Sequence record: MZ375356.1
Strand: one strand, 5' to 3'
DNA: 64,000 nucleotides
Source: Escherichia phage T4
Positions 1-17,042 of this stretch are shown here, in pieces (position 1 is the stretch's first letter; the number at the start of each line of letters is the position of its first letter). Under the pieces are notes generated by a model. The model did not search any database. It saw nothing but the letters and a program-made list of their open reading frames with translations, and was not told the DNA's origin. The position numbers and the translations under genes are program-made.

Positions 1-1
1 T

Positions 2-1570
2 TCTGTTAATCCATATAACTTCGTTTCTACCGAAGACGTTATTGCTATTCGTGATAAAAATAACCAATATTTTCCGCGTTTAAAATTGGCCCAGGGACGT
101 ATAGTAAGAACTGAAATCATTTATGATAAATTAACACCTATTATCATTTATGATAAAAATATTGATAGAAACCAGGTTAAATTATACGTTGATGGAGCGG
201 AATGGATTAACTGGACGAGAAAGTCAATGGTTCATGCTGGTTCAACATCAACGATTTACTATATGCGTGAAACTATTGATGGAAACACTGAATTCTATTT
301 TGGTGAAGGTGAAATTTCTGTTAATGCTTCTGAAGGAGCTTTGACCGCTAATTATATCGGAGGTATTAAACCTACTCAGAACTCTACGATTGTTATTGAG
401 TACATTAGTACTAATGGTGCTGACGCGAACGGAGCAGTCGGATTTTCATACGCAGATACATTAACAAATATAACTGTCATCAATATTAATGAAAATCCAA
501 ACGATGATCCAGATTTTGTTGGGGCAGATGGAGGCGGTGATCCAGAAGATATTGAGCGTATTCGCGAATTGGGTACTATTAAACGCGAAACCCAACAACG
601 ATGCGTAACTGCGACTGACTATGATACATTCGTTTCAGAGAGATTTGGTTCTATTATTCAAGCTGTTCAGACTTTCACTGATTCTACTAAACCTGGGTAT
701 GCATTTATTGCTGCTAAACCTAAATCAGGATTGTATTTAACTACCGTACAGCGTGAAGATATTAAAAATTATCTCAAAGACTATAATTTAGCTCCTATTA
801 CGCCATCAATTATTTCTCCTAATTATCTTTTTATTAAGACTAATTTAAAAGTCACATATGCTTTAAATAAACTGCAAGAATCCGAACAGTGGCTTGAAGG
901 TCAAATAATTGATAAAATTGATCGCTATTATACCGAAGATGTAGAAATTTTTAACTCGTCTTTCGCTAAATCTAAGATGTTGACATATGTAGATGATGCA
1001 GATCATTCTGTCATTGGTTCATCAGCGACTATTCAAATGGTTCGTGAAGTACAAAACTTCTATAAAACGCCTGAAGCGGGTATTAAATACAATAATCAAA
1101 TAAAAGATCGTTCTATGGAATCTAATACGTTTTCATTTAATTCTGGACGAAAGGTTGTAAATCCTGATACTGGTTTAGAAGAAGATGTATTATATGACGT
1201 TCGTATAGTATCAACAGACCGAGATTCTAAAGGAATTGGTAAAGTTATTATTGGTCCATTTGCTTCTGGCGATGTTACAGAAAATGAAAACATTCAGCCG
1301 TATACAGGCAACGATTTTAACAAATTAGCAAATTCTGATGGACGCGACAAATACTATGTTATCGGTGAAATAAATTATCCAGCTGATGTGATTTATTGGA
1401 ATATCGCTAAAATTAATTTAACATCTGAAAAATTTGAAGTTCAGACCATTGAATTATATTCTGACCCAACCGATGATGTTATCTTTACTCGCGATGGTTC
1501 ACTGATTGTATTTGAAAATGACTTACGTCCACAATACTTAACTATCGATTTGGAGCCTATATCACAATGA
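2..1570 (+). CDS. 6: baseplate wedge protein gp6, C-terminal ~522 codons (5' end lies upstream of the window)
   Basis: Frame open from nt 2 with no stop; ATGA overlap with the next gene at 1567-1570; position immediately before gp7 in the T4 late order. Confidence 0.8.
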   Translation, partial: SVNPYNFVSTEDVIAIRDKNNQYFPRLKLAQGRIVRTEIIYDKLTPIIIYDKNIDRNQVKLYVDGAEWINWTRKSMVHAGSTSTIYYMRETIDGNTEFYFGEGEISVNASEGALTANYIGGIKPTQNSTIVIEYISTNGADANGAVGFSYADTLTNITVININENPNDDPDFVGADGGGDPEDIERIRELGTIKRETQQRCVTATDYDTFVSERFGSIIQAVQTFTDSTKPGYAFIAAKPKSGLYLTTVQREDIKNYLKDYNLAPITPSIISPNYLFIKTNLKVTYALNKLQESEQWLEGQIIDKIDRYYTEDVEIFNSSFAKSKMLTYVDDADHSVIGSSATIQMVREVQNFYKTPEAGIKYNNQIKDRSMESNTFSFNSGRKVVNPDTGLEEDVLYDVRIVSTDRDSKGIGKVIIGPFASGDVTENENIQPYTGNDFNKLANSDGRDKYYVIGEINYPADVIYWNIAKINLTSEKFEVQTIELYSDPTDDVIFTRDGSLIVFENDLRPQYLTIDLEPISQ

Positions 1571-4500
1571 CAGTAAAAGCACCTTCAGTCACTAGTCTCA
1601 GAATTTCCAAGTTATCCGCAAATCAGGTGCAAGTACGCTGGGATGACGTTGGTGCTAATTTCTACAAAATAGTAGAAATCGCTGAGACAAAAACAAACTC
1701 GGGGGAAAATCTCCCGAGTAATCAATATCGTTGGATTAATTTAGGATATACAGCAAATAATAGTTTCTTTTTTGATGATGCTGATCCATTAACAACATAC
1801 ATTATTAGAGTAGCCACAGCTGCGCAAGATTTTGAGCAGTCTGATTGGATTTATACCGAAGAGTTTGAAACTTTTGCTACAAATGCTTATACATTTCAAA
1901 ACATGATTGAAATGCAATTAGCCAATAAATTCATTCAGGAAAAATTTACTCTTAATAATTCTGATTATGTTAATTTTAATAATGATACTATAATGGCTGC
2001 ATTGATGAATGAATCATTCCAATTCAGCCCATCGTATGTTGATGTTTCATCAATAAGTAATTTTATTATTGGTGAAAATGAGTATCATGAAATACAAGGT
2101 TCTATTCAGCAAGTATGTAAGGATATTAACCGAGTTTATTTGATGGAATCAGAAGGAATTCTATATCTTTTTGAGCGCTATCAACCTGTAGTTAAAGTAT
2201 CCAATGATAAAGGACAAACCTGGAAAGCTGTAAAGCTCTTCAATGACCGTGTAGGATATCCTTTATCTAAGACAGTATATTACCAATCTGCGAACACAAC
2301 ATACGTTCTAGGATACGACAAGATTTTCTATGGCCGCAAATCTACTGATGTTAGATGGTCAGCCGATGATGTCAGATTTAGTTCTCAGGATATAACATTT
2401 GCTAAACTTGGCGACCAATTACATCTAGGATTTGATGTAGAAATTTTTGCCACTTACGCGACTTTACCAGCGAATGTATACCGCATTGCAGAAGCTATTA
2501 CTTGCACCGATGATTACATTTACGTTGTCGCCAGAGACAAAGTTAGATACATAAAAACGAGTAATGCACCTATAGATTCTGATCCATTATCTCCAACATA
2601 TTCGGAAAGACTTTTTGAACCTGATACCATGACTATAACCGGAAATCCTAAAGCAGTATGCTATAAAATGGATTCTATCTGTGATAAAGTTTTTGCTCTT
2701 ATTATTGGTGAAGTTGAAACATTAAATGCTAATCCTAGAACATCAAAAATAATTGATTCCACTGATAAAGGAATATATGTTTTAAATCATGACGAAAAAA
2801 CATGGAAAAGAGTTTTTGGTAATACCGAAGAAGAAAGAAGACGTATTCAACCCGGATATGCGAATATGTCAACTGACGGTAAATTAGTTTCTCTGTCTTC
2901 GAGTAATTTTAAATTTTTAAGTGATAATGTTGTTAATGACCCTGAAACTGCAGCAAAATATCAGTTAATTGGCGCTGTTAAATATGAATTTCCTCGTGAA
3001 TGGTTAGCTGATAAGCATTATCATATGATGGCATTTATAGCGGATGAAACATCTGATTGGGAGACTTTTACTCCTCAACCAATGAAATACTACGCAGAAC
3101 CATTCTTTAACTGGTCTAAAAAATCTAACACACGTTGTTGGATAAACAACTCTGATAGAGCTGTGGTAGTTTATGCTGATTTAAAATACACTAAAGTTAT
3201 AGAAAATATTCCGGAAACATCACCAGATAGATTAGTTCATGAATACTGGGATGATGGTGATTGCACTATAGTAATGCCAAATGTCAAATTCACTGGATTT
3301 AAAAAATACGCATCAGGAATGCTTTTCTATAAAGCCTCCGGTGAAATAATTTCTTACTATGATTTTAACTATCGTGTGAGAGATACAGTAGAAATTATTT
3401 GGAAGCCAACTGAAGTATTTTTAAAAGCATTTTTACAAAACCAAGAGCATGAGACTCCTTGGTCACCAGAAGAAGAGCGTGGATTAGCTGACCCTGATTT
3501 AAGACCATTAATTGGCACAATGATGCCTGATTCTTATTTGTTACAGGATTCGAATTTTGAGGCATTTTGCGAAGCATATATTCAGTATCTTTCTGATGGA
3601 TATGGAACTCAATACAATAATTTACGAAATTTAATTCGTAACCAATATCCACGAGAAGAGCACGCATGGGAATATTTGTGGTCAGAGATATATAAAAGAA
3701 ACATTTATTTAAATGCTGATAAACGCGATGCTGTTGCGAGATTCTTTGAATCACGTAGCTATGATTTTTATTCTACTAAAGGAATTGAAGCATCATACAA
3801 GTTTCTTTTTAAAGTTCTTTATAATGAAGAAGTTGAAATTGAAATTGAATCTGGGGCTGGTACTGAATATGATATAATCGTTCAATCTGATTCTTTGACT
3901 GAAGATTTAGTAGGACAAACGATTTATACGGCAACAGGAAGATGTAATGTTACTTATATAGAAAGAAGCTATTCTAATGGTAAATTGCAATGGACCGTAA
4001 CTATTCATAATCTTTTGGGACGATTAATTGCTGGTCAAGAAGTTAAAGCAGAAAGACTCCCTAGTTTTGAAGGCGAAATTATTCGTGGGGTTAAAGGAAA
4101 GGATTTGCTTCAAAACAATATAGACTATATTAATAGAAGTAGATCATACTATGTAATGAAAATTAAATCCAATTTACCTTCTTCCCGCTGGAAATCTGAC
4201 GTTATTCGTTTTGTTCATCCAGTAGGATTTGGATTTATAGCAATTACCCTTTTAACAATGTTTATTAATGTTGGTTTAACTCTTAAACATACAGAGACTA
4301 TAATTAATAAATACAAAAACTATAAATGGGATTCTGGATTGCCTACTGAATATGCCGACAGAATAGCTAAATTAACTCCAACCGGTGAAATTGAGCATGA
4401 TTCAGTAACAGGCGAAGCAATTTATGAGCCTGGCCCAATGGCTGATGTAAAATATCCTCTTCCTGATGACTATAATGCTGAAAATAATAATTCAATATTT

Positions 4501-4665
4501 CAAGGTCAATTGCCGTCTGAACGACGTAAATTAATGAGTCCTTTATTTGATGCATCTGGAACAACATTTGCGCAATTTAGAGATTTAGTTAATAAACGTC
4601 TAAAAGATAATATAGGAAATCCAAGAGACCCTGAAAATCCAACACAGGTTAAAATAGATGAATGA
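1567..4665 (+). CDS. 7: baseplate wedge protein gp7
   Basis: 1032-aa ORF, the length of T4 gp7; conserved position 6-7-8. Confidence 0.9.
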   Translation: MTVKAPSVTSLRISKLSANQVQVRWDDVGANFYKIVEIAETKTNSGENLPSNQYRWINLGYTANNSFFFDDADPLTTYIIRVATAAQDFEQSDWIYTEEFETFATNAYTFQNMIEMQLANKFIQEKFTLNNSDYVNFNNDTIMAALMNESFQFSPSYVDVSSISNFIIGENEYHEIQGSIQQVCKDINRVYLMESEGILYLFERYQPVVKVSNDKGQTWKAVKLFNDRVGYPLSKTVYYQSANTTYVLGYDKIFYGRKSTDVRWSADDVRFSSQDITFAKLGDQLHLGFDVEIFATYATLPANVYRIAEAITCTDDYIYVVARDKVRYIKTSNAPIDSDPLSPTYSERLFEPDTMTITGNPKAVCYKMDSICDKVFALIIGEVETLNANPRTSKIIDSTDKGIYVLNHDEKTWKRVFGNTEEERRRIQPGYANMSTDGKLVSLSSSNFKFLSDNVVNDPETAAKYQLIGAVKYEFPREWLADKHYHMMAFIADETSDWETFTPQPMKYYAEPFFNWSKKSNTRCWINNSDRAVVVYADLKYTKVIENIPETSPDRLVHEYWDDGDCTIVMPNVKFTGFKKYASGMLFYKASGEIISYYDFNYRVRDTVEIIWKPTEVFLKAFLQNQEHETPWSPEEERGLADPDLRPLIGTMMPDSYLLQDSNFEAFCEAYIQYLSDGYGTQYNNLRNLIRNQYPREEHAWEYLWSEIYKRNIYLNADKRDAVARFFESRSYDFYSTKGIEASYKFLFKVLYNEEVEIEIESGAGTEYDIIVQSDSLTEDLVGQTIYTATGRCNVTYIERSYSNGKLQWTVTIHNLLGRLIAGQEVKAERLPSFEGEIIRGVKGKDLLQNNIDYINRSRSYYVMKIKSNLPSSRWKSDVIRFVHPVGFGFIAITLLTMFINVGLTLKHTETIINKYKNYKWDSGLPTEYADRIAKLTPTGEIEHDSVTGEAIYEPGPMADVKYPLPDDYNAENNNSIFQGQLPSERRKLMSPLFDASGTTFAQFRDLVNKRLKDNIGNPRDPENPTQVKIDE

Positions 4666-5662
4666 TTCAAGTGTTATCTATCGTGCGATAGTTACTTCAA
4701 AATTTAGAACAGAAAAAATGTTGAATTTTTATAATTCAATTGGAAGTGGTCCGGATAAAAACACTATCTTTATCACATTTGGAAGATCAGAACCGTGGTC
4801 ATCAAATGAAAATGAGGTGGGCTTTGCCCCACCTTATCCAACCGATTCTGTATTAGGCGTAACTGACATGTGGACGCATATGATGGGAACAGTAAAAGTT
4901 CTTCCATCAATGCTTGATGCTGTTATTCCTCGCAGAGATTGGGGAGATACTAGATATCCGGATCCATACACATTTAGAATTAACGATATTGTAGTGTGTA
5001 ACTCAGCTCCTTACAACGCTACTGAATCAGGCGCTGGTTGGTTAGTGTATCGTTGTTTAGATGTTCCTGATACCGGAATGTGTTCAATAGCATCTTTAAC
5101 TGATAAAGATGAATGCCTTAAGTTAGGTGGAAAATGGACTCCTTCTGCTAGGTCAATGACTCCGCCTGAAGGTCGAGGAGATGCTGAAGGAACAATTGAA
5201 CCCGGAGACGGGTATGTGTGGGAATATCTATTTGAGATTCCGCCTGATGTATCTATAAATAGATGCACGAATGAATATATCGTGGTTCCTTGGCCTGAGG
5301 AATTAAAAGAAGACCCGACTAGATGGGGATATGAAGATAATCTCACTTGGCAACAAGATGATTTTGGATTAATTTACCGTGTTAAGGCAAATACTATCCG
5401 TTTTAAAGCATATTTAGATTCAGTTTATTTTCCTGAAGCTGCATTGCCAGGAAATAAAGGATTTAGACAAATATCAATAATCACGAATCCTCTTGAAGCT
5501 AAAGCTCATCCAAATGACCCAAACGTTAAAGCTGAAAAGGATTATTATGACCCAGAAGATTTAATGAGGCATTCGGGTGAAATGATTTATATGGAAAATA
5601 GGCCACCTATTATTATGGCAATGGATCAAACAGAAGAAATCAATATTCTGTTTACATTTTAA
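4658..5662 (+). CDS. 8: baseplate wedge protein gp8
   Basis: 334-aa ORF matching T4 gp8 length; ATGAATGA overlap with gp7. Confidence 0.9.
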   Translation: MNDSSVIYRAIVTSKFRTEKMLNFYNSIGSGPDKNTIFITFGRSEPWSSNENEVGFAPPYPTDSVLGVTDMWTHMMGTVKVLPSMLDAVIPRRDWGDTRYPDPYTFRINDIVVCNSAPYNATESGAGWLVYRCLDVPDTGMCSIASLTDKDECLKLGGKWTPSARSMTPPEGRGDAEGTIEPGDGYVWEYLFEIPPDVSINRCTNEYIVVPWPEELKEDPTRWGYEDNLTWQQDDFGLIYRVKANTIRFKAYLDSVYFPEAALPGNKGFRQISIITNPLEAKAHPNDPNVKAEKDYYDPEDLMRHSGEMIYMENRPPIIMAMDQTEEINILFTF

Positions 5663-5667
5663 ATTAA

Positions 5668-5690
5668 GGGAGCCCATGGGCTCCCTTTTT
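5668..5690 (+). terminator. rho-independent terminator after gene 8
   Basis: Perfect 18-nt palindrome gggagcccatgggctccc followed by TTTTT. Confidence 0.7.
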
Positions 5691-5693
5691 CTT

Positions 5694-5701
5694 TATAAAT
5701 A
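5694..5701 (+). promoter_or_regulatory. T4 late promoter (TATAAATA) for gene 9
   Basis: Exact TATAAATA about 25 nt upstream of the gp9 ATG. Confidence 0.7.
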
Positions 5702-5725
5702 CTATAAACTCATAAGGAAACCGCT

Positions 5726-6592
5726 ATGTTCATTCAAGAACCAAAGAAATTGATTGATACCGGCGAAATTGGTAACGCTTCTACTGGTGATATCTTATTC
5801 GACGGTGGTAATAAAATTAATAGTGATTTTAACGCAATTTATAATGCGTTTGGCGATCAGCGTAAAATGGCAGTAGCAAATGGCACTGGAGCAGATGGTC
5901 AAATTATCCATGCTACTGGATATTATCAAAAACACTCTATTACAGAGTACGCAACTCCAGTGAAAGTTGGCACTAGACATGATATTGATACCTCTACTGT
6001 AGGTGTTAAAGTTATCATTGAAAGAGGCGAACTCGGCGATTGTGTTGAATTCATTAACTCTAATGGATCAATATCAGTTACTAATCCTTTGACAATTCAA
6101 GCTATTGATTCAATTAAAGGTGTTTCAGGTAATTTAGTAGTAACTAGCCCATATAGTAAAGTTACTTTACGCTGTATTTCATCTGATAATTCTACGTCGG
6201 TTTGGAATTATTCTATTGAAAGTATGTTTGGACAAAAGGAATCACCAGCTGAAGGTACATGGAATATTTCTACATCTGGATCAGTTGACATTCCATTATT
6301 TCATCGTACTGAATACAATATGGCTAAATTGCTAGTTACGTGCCAATCGGTAGATGGAAGAAAAATTAAAACAGCAGAAATAAATATTCTTGTGGATACT
6401 GTTAATTCAGAGGTAATTTCTTCTGAATATGCTGTCATGCGAGTTGGGAATGAAACCGAAGAAGACGAAATCGCTAATATTGCATTTAGTATTAAAGAAA
6501 ATTATGTAACGGCGACTATAAGTTCTTCAACTGTCGGTATGAGAGCAGCAGTTAAAGTTATCGCTACGCAGAAAATCGGGGTGGCTCAATAA
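5726..6592 (+). CDS. 9: baseplate wedge / long tail fibre socket protein gp9
   Basis: 288-aa ORF matching T4 gp9 length and position. Confidence 0.9.
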   Translation: MFIQEPKKLIDTGEIGNASTGDILFDGGNKINSDFNAIYNAFGDQRKMAVANGTGADGQIIHATGYYQKHSITEYATPVKVGTRHDIDTSTVGVKVIIERGELGDCVEFINSNGSISVTNPLTIQAIDSIKGVSGNLVVTSPYSKVTLRCISSDNSTSVWNYSIESMFGQKESPAEGTWNISTSGSVDIPLFHRTEYNMAKLLVTCQSVDGRKIKTAEINILVDTVNSEVISSEYAVMRVGNETEEDEIANIAFSIKENYVTATISSSTVGMRAAVKVIATQKIGVAQ

Positions 6593-8400
6593 TGAAACAA
6601 AATATTAATATCGGTAATGTTGTAGATGATGGTACCGGTGACTACCTGCGTAAAGGTGGTATAAAAATAAATGAAAACTTTGATGAGCTTTATTATGAAC
6701 TCGGTGATGGTGATGTTCCATATTCAGCCGGTGCCTGGAAAACTTATAATGCTTCATCAGGACAAACATTAACAGCAGAATGGGGAAAATCATACGCTAT
6801 TAATACATCTTCTGGAAGAGTGACTATAAATCTTCCAAAGGGTACAGTTAATGATTACAACAAGGTAATTAGAGCTAGAGACGTATTTGCTACATGGAAC
6901 GTCAACCCAGTTACACTAGTAGCTGCTTCCGGCGATACGATTAAAGGGTCTGCAGTACCAGTTGAAATTAATGTTCAATTCAGCGATTTAGAACTAGTGT
7001 ATTGTGCCCCAGGACGTTGGGAATATGTCAAAAATAAACAAATTGACAAAATTACCAGTTCAGACATTAGTAATGTAGCTCGCAAAGAATTTTTAGTTGA
7101 AGTTCAAGGACAAACAGACTTTTTAGATGTTTTCCGTGGAACTAGTTATAATGTAAATAACATCAGAGTAAAACATCGTGGTAACGAATTGTATTACGGC
7201 GATGTGTTTAGCGAAAACAGCGATTTTGGCTCTCCAGGCGAAAATGAAGGAGAACTGGTTCCTCTTGATGGATTTAACATTCGATTAAGACAGCCTTGTA
7301 ATATTGGTGACACTGTTCAAATTGAAACATTTATGGATGGTGTATCACAGTGGAGAAGTTCATATACAAGACGTCAAATTAGATTGTTAGATTCAAAATT
7401 AACGTCAAAAACTTCTTTAGAAGGAAGCATTTACGTTACTGATTTATCAACAATGAAATCAATTCCATTTTCTGCTTTTGGATTAATTCCAGGAGAACCT
7501 ATTAATCCTAACTCTCTTGAGGTTCGTTTTAACGGGATTTTACAGGAATTGGCTGGCACAGTTGGAATGCCATTATTTCATTGTGTTGGTGCCGATTCAG
7601 ACGATGAAGTAGAATGCTCTGTTTTAGGTGGAACTTGGGAACAATCTCATACCGATTATTCAGTTGAAACTGATGAAAACGGCATACCAGAAATTTTACA
7701 TTTCGATAGAGTATTTGAGCATGGTGACATTATCAATATCACCTGGTTTAATAATGATTTGGGTACATTATTAACAAAAGATGAGATTATTGATGAAACT
7801 GATAATCTCTATGTATCGCAAGGACCTGGAGTAGATATTTCTGGTGATGTAAATTTAACAGACTTCGATAAAATTGGTTGGCCAAATGTAGAAGCAGTTC
7901 AATCTTATCAACGCGAATTTAATGCTGTTTCAAATATCTTTGATACGATTTATCCTATTGGAACTATATATGAAAACGCTGTTAATCCAAATAACCCTGT
8001 TACATATATGGGATTCGGCTCATGGAAATTATTTGGGCAAGGAAAAGTTTTAGTTGGATGGAATGAAGATATTTCGGACCCTAACTTTGCTCTAAATAAC
8101 AACGATTTAGATTCGGGTGGAAATCCTTCACATACCGCAGGTGGAACAGGTGGTTCTACTTCTGTTACATTGGAAAATGCTAATCTTCCTGCAACTGAAA
8201 CAGATGAAGAAGTTCTAATAGTTGATGAAAATGGATCAGTCATTGTTGGTGGGTGTCAATACGATCCAGATGAATCCGGTCCAATTTACACTAAATACCG
8301 TGAAGCTAAAGCATCTACTAACTCTACTCACACTCCGCCAACATCAATAACTAACATTCAACCATATATTACAGTTTATCGTTGGATAAGGATTGCATAA
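6592..8400 (+). CDS. 10: baseplate wedge protein gp10
   Basis: 602-aa ORF matching T4 gp10; start overlaps gp9 stop. Confidence 0.9.
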
Positions 8401-9059
8401 TGAGTTTACTTAATAATAAAGCGGGAGTTATTTCCCGCTTAGCCGATTTTCTTGGTTTTAGACCTAAAACTGGCGACATTGATGTAATGAATCGTCAATC
8501 AGTCGGGTCAGTGACAATATCTCAATTAGCGAAAGGATTTTATGAACCAAACATAGAATCAGCTATTAATGACGTTCATAATTTTTCTATAAAAGACGTT
8601 GGCACAATTATTACTAATAAAACTGGTGTTTCTCCTGAGGGTGTTTCTCAAACTGATTATTGGGCATTTTCTGGAACTGTAACAGACGATTCTCTTCCTC
8701 CGGGTTCTCCTATTACGGTATTAGTATTTGGTCTTCCAGTTTCAGCAACAACTGGAATGACGGCAATTGAGTTTGTTGCAAAAGTTCGCGTTGCACTACA
8801 AGAAGCTATTGCGTCATTTACTGCTATCAATTCATATAAAGACCATCCAACTGATGGTAGTAAATTAGAAGTTACTTATTTAGATAATCAAAAACATGTA
8901 TTAAGCACATATTCTACATATGGAATAACTATTTCCCAAGAAATTATATCTGAGTCTAAGCCTGGCTATGGTACATGGAATTTATTGGGCGCACAAACTG
9001 TAACTTTAGATAATCAGCAGACTCCTACAGTATTTTATCATTTTGAGAGAACAGCATGA
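8400..9059 (+). CDS. 11: baseplate wedge protein gp11 (short tail fibre attachment)
   Basis: ATG at 8400 overlapping the gp10 stop gives 219 aa beginning MSLLNNKAG, as in T4 gp11; the ORF track start at 8382 is a non-ATG upstream codon. Confidence 0.88.
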
Positions 9060-10639
9060 GTAATAATACATATCAACACGTTTCTAATGAATCTCGTTAT
9101 GTAAAATTTGATCCTACCGATACGAATTTTCCACCGGAGATTACTGATGTTCAGGCTGCTATAGCAGCCATTTCTCCTGCTGGAGTAAATGGAGTTCCTG
9201 ATGCATCGTCAACAACAAAGGGAATTCTATTTCTTGCCACTGAACAGGAAGTTATAGATGGAACTAATAATACCAAAGCAGTTACACCAGCAACGTTGGC
9301 AACAAGATTATCTTATCCAAATGCAACTGAAACTGTTTACGGATTAACAAGATATTCAACCAATGATGAAGCCATTGCCGGAGTTAATAATGAATCTTCT
9401 ATAACTCCAGCTAAATTTACTGTCGCCCTTAATAATGCGTTTGAAACGCGAGTTTCAACTGAATCCTCAAATGGTGTTATTAAAATTTCATCTCTACCGC
9501 AAGCATTAGCTGGTGCAGATGATACTACTGCAATGACTCCATTAAAAACACAGCAGTTAGCTATTAAATTAATTGCGCAAATTGCTCCTTCTGAAACCAC
9601 AGCTACCGAATCGGACCAAGGTGTTGTTCAATTAGCAACAGTAGCGCAGGTTCGTCAGGGAACTTTAAGAGAAGGCTATGCAATTTCTCCTTATACGTTT
9701 ATGAATTCATCTGCTACTGAAGAATATAAAGGCGTAATTAAATTAGGAACACAATCAGAAGTTAACTCGAATAATGCTTCTGTTGCGGTTACTGGCGCAA
9801 CTCTTAATGGTCGTGGTTCTACGACGTCAATGAGAGGCGTAGTTAAATTAACTACAACCGCCGGTTCACAGAGTGGAGGCGATGCTTCATCAGCCTTAGC
9901 TTGGAATGCTGACGTTATCCACCAAAGAGGTGGTCAAATTATCTATGGAACACTCCGCATTGAAGACACATTTACAATAGCTAATGGTGGAGCAAATATT
10001 ACGGGTACCGTCAGAATGACTGGCGGTTATATTCAAGGTAACCGCATCGTAACACAAAATGAAATTGATAGAACTATTCCTGTCGGAGCTATTATGATGT
10101 GGGCCGCTGATAGTCTTCCTAGTGATGCTTGGCGCTTCTGCCATGGTGGAACTGTTTCAGCGTCAGATTGTCCATTATATGCTTCTAGAATTGGAACAAG
10201 ATATGGCGGAAACCCATCAAATCCTGGATTGCCTGACATGCGTGGTCTTTTTGTTCGTGGTTCTGGTCGTGGTTCTCACTTAACAAATCCAAATGTTAAT
10301 GGTAATGACCAATTTGGTAAACCTAGATTAGGTGTAGGTTGTACCGGTGGATATGTTGGTGAAGTACAGAAACAACAGATGTCTTATCATAAACATGCTG
10401 GCGGATTTGGTGAGTATAATGATTCTGGGGCATTCGGTAATACCCGTAGATCAAATTTTGTTGGTACACGTAAAGGACTTGACTGGGATAACCGTTCATA
10501 CTTCACCAATGACGGATATGAAATTGACCCAGAATCACAACGAAATTCCAAATATACATTAAATCGTCCTGAATTAATTGGAAATGAAACACGTCCATGG
10601 AACATTTCTTTAAACTACATAATTAAGGTAAAAGAATGA
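9056..10639 (+). CDS. 12: short tail fibre protein gp12
   Basis: 527-aa ORF matching T4 gp12; ATGA overlaps at both ends. Confidence 0.9.
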
Positions 10640-12099
10640 CAGATATTGTACTGAATGACTTACCATTCGTTGACGGCCCTCCTGCAGAGGGCCAGAGCCG
10701 CATTTCCTGGATTAAAAACGGCGAAGAAATATTAGGAGCTGACACACAGTATGGAAGTGAAGGCTCAATGAATAGACCTACGGTTTCTGTACTAAGAAAT
10801 GTTGAAGTTCTTGATAAAAACATTGGAATACTTAAAACATCTTTAGAAACCGCAAATAGTGATATTAAAACAATTCAGGGCATCTTAGATGTATCTGGTG
10901 ATATTGAAGCTTTGGCCCAAATAGGTATCAATAAAAAGGATATTTCTGACCTCAAAACGCTAACCAGTGAACACACAGAAATATTAAATGGAACTAATAA
11001 TACGGTTGACAGTATTCTTGCTGATATTGGTCCATTTAACGCCGAGGCCAACTCTGTATACAGAACGATCAGAAATGATTTACTGTGGATAAAGCGTGAA
11101 CTTGGACAATACACTGGTCAAGATATTAATGGTCTTCCTGTTGTAGGAAATCCTAGTAGTGGAATGAAGCATCGCATTATTAATAATACTGATGTCATCA
11201 CTTCGCAGGGAATACGTTTAAGCAAATTAGAAACAAAATTTATTGAATCTGATGTAGGTTCTTTGACCATTGAAGTTGGTAATCTTCGTGAAGAGCTTGG
11301 ACCGAAACCACCATCATTTTCACAGAACGTTTATAGTCGTTTAAATGAAATTGACACTAAACAGACAACAGTTGAGTCTGACATTAGTGCTATTAAGACC
11401 TCAATAGGATATCCAGGAAATAATTCGATTATCACGAGTGTTAATACAAACACTGATAATATTGCATCTATTAATTTAGAGCTAAATCAAAGTGGAGGTA
11501 TTAAACAGCGTTTAACCGTTATTGAAACTTCCATTGGTTCAGATGATATTCCTTCGAGTATTAAAGGTCAAATCAAAGATAATACAACTTCAATCGAATC
11601 TCTAAATGGAATCGTCGGTGAAAACACTTCATCTGGCTTAAGAGCGAATGTTTCATGGTTAAACCAAATTGTTGGAACTGATTCTAGCGGTGGACAACCT
11701 TCTCCTCCTGGGTCTCTTTTAAACCGAGTTTCTACAATTGAAACTTCTGTTTCAGGCTTGAATAACGATGTTCAAAACCTACAAGTAGAGATTGGTAATA
11801 ACAGCACAGGAATTAAAGGGCAAGTTGTAGCGTTAAATACTTTAGTAAATGGAACTAATCCAAACGGTTCAACTGTTGAAGAGCGCGGATTAACCAATTC
11901 AATAAAAGCTAACGAAACTAACATTGCATCAGTTACACAAGAAGTGAATACAGCTAAAGGCAATATATCTTCTTTACAAGGTGATGTTCAAGCTCTCCAA
12001 GAAGCCGGTTATATTCCTGAAGCTCCAAGAGATGGGCAAGCTTACGTTCGTAAAGATGGCGAATGGGTATTGCTTTCTACCTTTTTATCACCAGCATAA
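10636..12099 (+). CDS. wac: fibritin (whisker) Wac
   Basis: 487-aa ORF; C-terminal foldon-like motif [27 protein letters not shown]; heptad-rich middle region. Confidence 0.92.
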   Translation: MTDIVLNDLPFVDGPPAEGQSRISWIKNGEEILGADTQYGSEGSMNRPTVSVLRNVEVLDKNIGILKTSLETANSDIKTIQGILDVSGDIEALAQIGINKKDISDLKTLTSEHTEILNGTNNTVDSILADIGPFNAEANSVYRTIRNDLLWIKRELGQYTGQDINGLPVVGNPSSGMKHRIINNTDVITSQGIRLSKLETKFIESDVGSLTIEVGNLREELGPKPPSFSQNVYSRLNEIDTKQTTVESDISAIKTSIGYPGNNSIITSVNTNTDNIASINLELNQSGGIKQRLTVIETSIGSDDIPSSIKGQIKDNTTSIESLNGIVGENTSSGLRANVSWLNQIVGTDSSGGQPSPPGSLLNRVSTIETSVSGLNNDVQNLQVEIGNNSTGIKGQVVALNTLVNGTNPNGSTVEERGLTNSIKANETNIASVTQEVNTAKGNISSLQGDVQALQEAGYIPEAPRDGQAYVRKDGEWVLLSTFLSPA

Positions 12100-12102
12100 C
12101 AT

Positions 12103-12118
12103 GGGGCCGCAAGGCCCC
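12103..12118 (+). other. GC stem-loop with GNRA-type loop (ggggcc-GCAA-ggcccc) between wac and gene 13
   Basis: Inverted repeat read directly; no strong U tract, so more likely a processing or stability hairpin than a terminator. Confidence 0.5.
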
Positions 12119-12130
12119 AAAGGATTTTAA

Positions 12131-13832
<1,702 letters not shown>

Positions 13833-13873
13833 TAAATATTATAAACTAATTAAAGCCCGGATTAGGAGAAGTC

Positions 13874-17011
<3,138 letters not shown>

Positions 17012-17042
17012 ATATATTAAAGCATATTAAAGAGGATTAAAA

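Noticed and set aside
3395-3754. Nested opposite-strand or alternate-frame ORFs inside large late genes (for example 150-344, 3395-3754, 9337-9600, 23638-24036, 42119-42727)
   Set aside because: They are fully contained in long, well-supported genes and show no start signals or coupling; most likely chance ORFs in AT-rich DNA.
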